The position numbers and the translations under genes were made by a program. Positions 60,991-64,000 of a stretch of DNA of 64,000 nt are shown here, one piece after another. The notes beneath the pieces were generated by a model. It worked only from the letters and a program-made list of their open reading frames with translations, had not been told where the DNA came from and ran no database searches. The stretch comes from a virus, in the IMG/VR virus record IMGVR_UViG_3300042904_000308, positions 51,173 to 115,172 of that record, one strand, 5' to 3'. The stretch's first letter is position 1; each line of letters opens with the position of its first letter.

Positions 60991-61878
60991 ATGGATAACG
61001 CTACCCAGGAACTTCGCAAAGCGCTGGCGACTCACGCGACTGGTCAGACCAGCGGTGCCGCGCTCATTCCCGAGGTTGTGAGCGAGGGTCTTCGACGCTT
61101 CGTCGAGCTGCGCTCCCCCCTCTACGCCATCACCCCGAAGCGTGACTGGCCGACCAACGCCTACATCTTCCGACAGCAGACCGCGCTGCCTGCTGCGGGT
61201 TTCCTGGCTGATGGTGCCGCGCTCGGTTCTGCCGATGCGTCCACCTACAGCAAGGACACCACCACGATGAAGTACATCTACTCGCGTGGTGAGGTCACTG
61301 GCCCGATGCAGAAGGCCGCTGGCTCGCTGTTCGATGCGATGCAGCTGGAAATCGAAGCGCACGCCGATGCGGTGGTTCGCGAGATTGAGCTGAACATCAT
61401 CAGTGGTGACTCGGGCGCTGATGCCGACGAGTTCGACGGCCTGCTCACGCAGATCAGCCTCGAACACGACGCGGTTTCGACCGCGCTCTCGCTGAGCCAC
61501 ATGGACACGGCGCTCGACACTCCTGCCGAGTACCCGAGCCACGCCATCATGAGCCGCGCTATGGGCCGCAAGCTCTGGTCGCTGCTGCAGGCGCAACAGC
61601 GCTTCATCGACCGCGTTGATATCGAGGGCGGCTTCCGCGTACCTTCGTACAACGATGTGCCCGTGATCCGCGTCGACAATGATGCCGACACCGATCTGGC
61701 TGGCACCATCATCTTCCCCGACATGCGCCACGTGGTCATGCCGATCAACCAGCAGCTGACCTACGAGCCCCTGTCGAAGACCAAGGACTCGGACGACTTC
61801 ATGCTGAAGATGTACCTGACGCTGGCCTGTGAGGGCACGTCGCGGTTCCACGTCAAGCTGGTGAACATCGTCAATTAG
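60991..61878 (+). CDS. major capsid protein
   Basis: Follows the protease. GAALIPE and EFDGLLTQI motifs, 295 aa, followed by a terminator. Confidence 0.85.
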   Translation: MDNATQELRKALATHATGQTSGAALIPEVVSEGLRRFVELRSPLYAITPKRDWPTNAYIFRQQTALPAAGFLADGAALGSADASTYSKDTTTMKYIYSRGEVTGPMQKAAGSLFDAMQLEIEAHADAVVREIELNIISGDSGADADEFDGLLTQISLEHDAVSTALSLSHMDTALDTPAEYPSHAIMSRAMGRKLWSLLQAQQRFIDRVDIEGGFRVPSYNDVPVIRVDNDADTDLAGTIIFPDMRHVVMPINQQLTYEPLSKTKDSDDFMLKMYLTLACEGTSRFHVKLVNIVN

Positions 61879-61893
61879 ACTGTTGACGGTCAT

Positions 61894-61925
61894 TGAGGAG
61901 CGGAGTCTTTCCGCTCCTCATTTTC
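61894..61925 (+). terminator. intrinsic terminator after the capsid gene
   Basis: TGAGGAGCGGA/TCCGCTCCTCA followed by TTTT. Confidence 0.75.
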
Positions 61926-61947
61926 TTATCGATAGAGGAGCATACCA

Positions 61948-62345
61948 ATGGCTGCAGTTTCAGTCCATCAGAGCACTCCAGGCGATGACTTCGAAGCGCT
62001 TGTGACTGCCTATAACGAGCTGGCGACCGCGTTTATCGCGCTGTGTGCGCAGCTTGACGCCGACGCTGGCGTGACCGACACCGACTTCGCCGCCACGCAT
62101 GCCGCTGGCATCGACACGGTCGTGCTGGGCTACTAATCGAGGTTTCCATGACGGTATTGAAATACACCCTGATTCCTACGGAAGCGAACTGGACGGAGTT
62201 CTACTACAACGGTGAAATCGCTGTTGTGGGCGGTGAGGTGAACGTCGCTGACGATCACCCCCATCGCGAGGAAGTCATCACGGCGCTTCTGTATCACGGC
62301 TTCGAGCGTGTCGACGAGGAAACTCCAGTCGCTGTCGAGGCCTAA
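61948..62345 (+). other. two small head-associated CDSs (61948-62136, 62148-62345)
   Basis: RBSs and position. Confidence 0.55.
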
Positions 62346-62366
62346 CCCAACAAGGAGGCATAGCAG

Positions 62367-62912
62367 ATGGCAGACCTCCGATTGATCACCCTCGCGGATT
62401 TCTCGACCTCGCGATACCAGCAGGTTGCGGACTCCATCGACGGTGATATCACGGACATCATTGCTCAGGCTGAAGAGTACGTTGAGGGGCTCGTCGACCG
62501 ACGGTTCTCTGAGACGACGTACACGGAGTATCACTTCCCGAGGTCCGAGGAAATTTTTCTGCGCAACCGTCCGATTATCACGCTGACCTCGGTAGAGCGT
62601 CGGGCGTCGTACACCGACGACTGGACGAGCCTCGATGTCGACACGTTTGATATCGAGCTGGACGGCAAGATCGGCACGATTGTCACGAGGTATTCGGATG
62701 TCGCGGGGTATGAGCTCAAGGTGGTCTACACCGCTGGTTATGCCGCGATTCCTGCCGATGTCAAAGCTGCGGTCATCCTGCAGACAGTGATATTTGCTTA
62801 CCAAGATTTAGAGGTCTACGGGGCGGGTGACGCCAAGAAGCCTGGCATCACCTACCTGCAGGATCAGGTCGACCGCTACCTCTGCCGTTACAGGCAGATC
62901 AAGATCGCGTAG
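62367..62912 (+). CDS. head-tail connector/adaptor (gp6-like)
   Basis: VVYTAGYAAIPADVKAAVI motif. Confidence 0.8.
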   Translation: MADLRLITLADFSTSRYQQVADSIDGDITDIIAQAEEYVEGLVDRRFSETTYTEYHFPRSEEIFLRNRPIITLTSVERRASYTDDWTSLDVDTFDIELDGKIGTIVTRYSDVAGYELKVVYTAGYAAIPADVKAAVILQTVIFAYQDLEVYGAGDAKKPGITYLQDQVDRYLCRYRQIKIA

Positions 62913-62914
62913 TC

Positions 62915-63406
62915 ATGATCACTCTGCGGTTAGACATGCGCGGCATCGTGGGGCTGCGGACGCGAGTGATGAGCGCGATGCGCAAGCTCGAACAGCGCCA
63001 ACCCGCGATGGAGCAGATCAAACACGAGCAGATTATTCGCTGGATCACCAACTTCTCGACGGAAGGCGGCGAGTATGGCGGCTGGGCTGGCCTCTCGGAG
63101 ATGACGATACGCGAGCGCGGCAACAGCGGCCCGATTCTGCAGCGTAGTGGTGGCCTCTTTCAGGACGTGATCGCCCAAAGCGATGAGGGGCGGGTATCCC
63201 CTGCCCTCATCGACTGGGTCTTTCGCAATCGTGGATCGGGGCGGGGCGATCCCTTCCCCGTCAGCCACCAGACGGGCTACACGTCTCCCCTCACAGGGGG
63301 GCCAGTGCCTGCCCGAGTTATTTGGGACTTGGACGGCGAGGACGAGCAACGCGCATTCGAGATTATGGAAGATTATGTCGACAGAATCATAGCGACACAC
63401 TTCTAA
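62915..63406 (+). CDS. virion morphogenesis protein (Mu gpG-like)
   Basis: NFSTEG...WAGLS..T...ILQRSGGL...HQTG...PAR. Confidence 0.7.
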   Translation: MITLRLDMRGIVGLRTRVMSAMRKLEQRQPAMEQIKHEQIIRWITNFSTEGGEYGGWAGLSEMTIRERGNSGPILQRSGGLFQDVIAQSDEGRVSPALIDWVFRNRGSGRGDPFPVSHQTGYTSPLTGGPVPARVIWDLDGEDEQRAFEIMEDYVDRIIATHF

Positions 63407-63419
63407 TGGTGATAACTAC

Positions 63420-63911
63420 ATGACACATTTCGATATGGACGGGCTGGTTCTGCACCTTGGGCAGGTGCTGAAGAAGCAGTTCGCTGACGACATTTCTCAA
63501 ATCTACTACGGCGACGTCGTCGTGTACCCGCCCAAAGCGTTTCAGAACCCTGCTGGTGAGTGGCGCACGGCGGTCGCGCTGGTTCCAGCCTACGACAGGG
63601 AAGCGGACGGGGGCCGCAACCCAGCGTCCGAAATCCGCGACCTCGGCGTGCTGATTGTTCCTATGGTGAACATGACCCCATTTTTCGAGGCGCTGCCTTC
63701 CGAAGCGTTCGGAGAGCGGATGCTCGTGCGCCTGACGCACCGCATCCGATTATTCCTCGCCCAGCGGAGCAACATGACCCTCAACGGCAATGTCGCCCGA
63801 GCCCTCGTTGGCGATGTTGAGTGGCACTGGGCGCAGCGCGACAAGATGCCCATCCGCGCTGCCGCGATCACCTACGAAGTGCAGAGCCACTTCTCACGCG
63901 CCCACGCCTAA
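63420..63911 (+). CDS. tail completion/terminator-like protein
   Basis: Position, size and the TLNGNV motif. Confidence 0.5.
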   Translation: MTHFDMDGLVLHLGQVLKKQFADDISQIYYGDVVVYPPKAFQNPAGEWRTAVALVPAYDREADGGRNPASEIRDLGVLIVPMVNMTPFFEALPSEAFGERMLVRLTHRIRLFLAQRSNMTLNGNVARALVGDVEWHWAQRDKMPIRAAAITYEVQSHFSRAHA

Positions 63912-64000
63912 AAGCCTGGGCCTCCCCCCCCCTTCTCAGAGTTTGGTAAGCAAATCATATTGTTTTATGTCCCTTACATAGGAAAGAGGTAATGTTATGG

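Overview
This window is a GC-rich segment of a large tailed dsDNA bacteriophage genome with two divergent arms that meet at a ~2.3 kb non-coding region (~36.3-38.6 kb). The minus-strand arm (1-36.3 kb) holds dozens of small early genes, then the replication and nucleotide-metabolism genes: an ssDNA-annealing protein, an initiator-like HTH protein, a DnaB-like helicase, PD-(D/E)XK nucleases, a 5'(3')-nucleotidase, a dNMP kinase and the start of a DNA polymerase. The plus-strand arm (38.6-64 kb) holds small middle genes, two large paralogous Asp-box/repeat fibre-like proteins, an antisense tyrosine recombinase, and the terminase, portal, protease, capsid and head-completion genes. The most unusual signals are non-coding. 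(i) A ~120-nt mini-tmRNA keeps the alanyl tRNA-like domain but lacks the normal tag-reading domain. (ii) Ten copies of a conserved, covarying hairpin element punctuate the early genes like a cassette array. (iii) Sigma70 promoters are followed by boxA-like motifs and large structured RNAs at 36.3-36.9 kb and 18.7-18.9 kb. (iv) The decamer CCTGRGCCTC occurs at least 36 times across the window. (v) A 19-bp phage-specific promoter-like motif occurs three times, and CCGG appears to be avoided. All functional calls come from motif recognition by eye; no database searches or folding programs were run.
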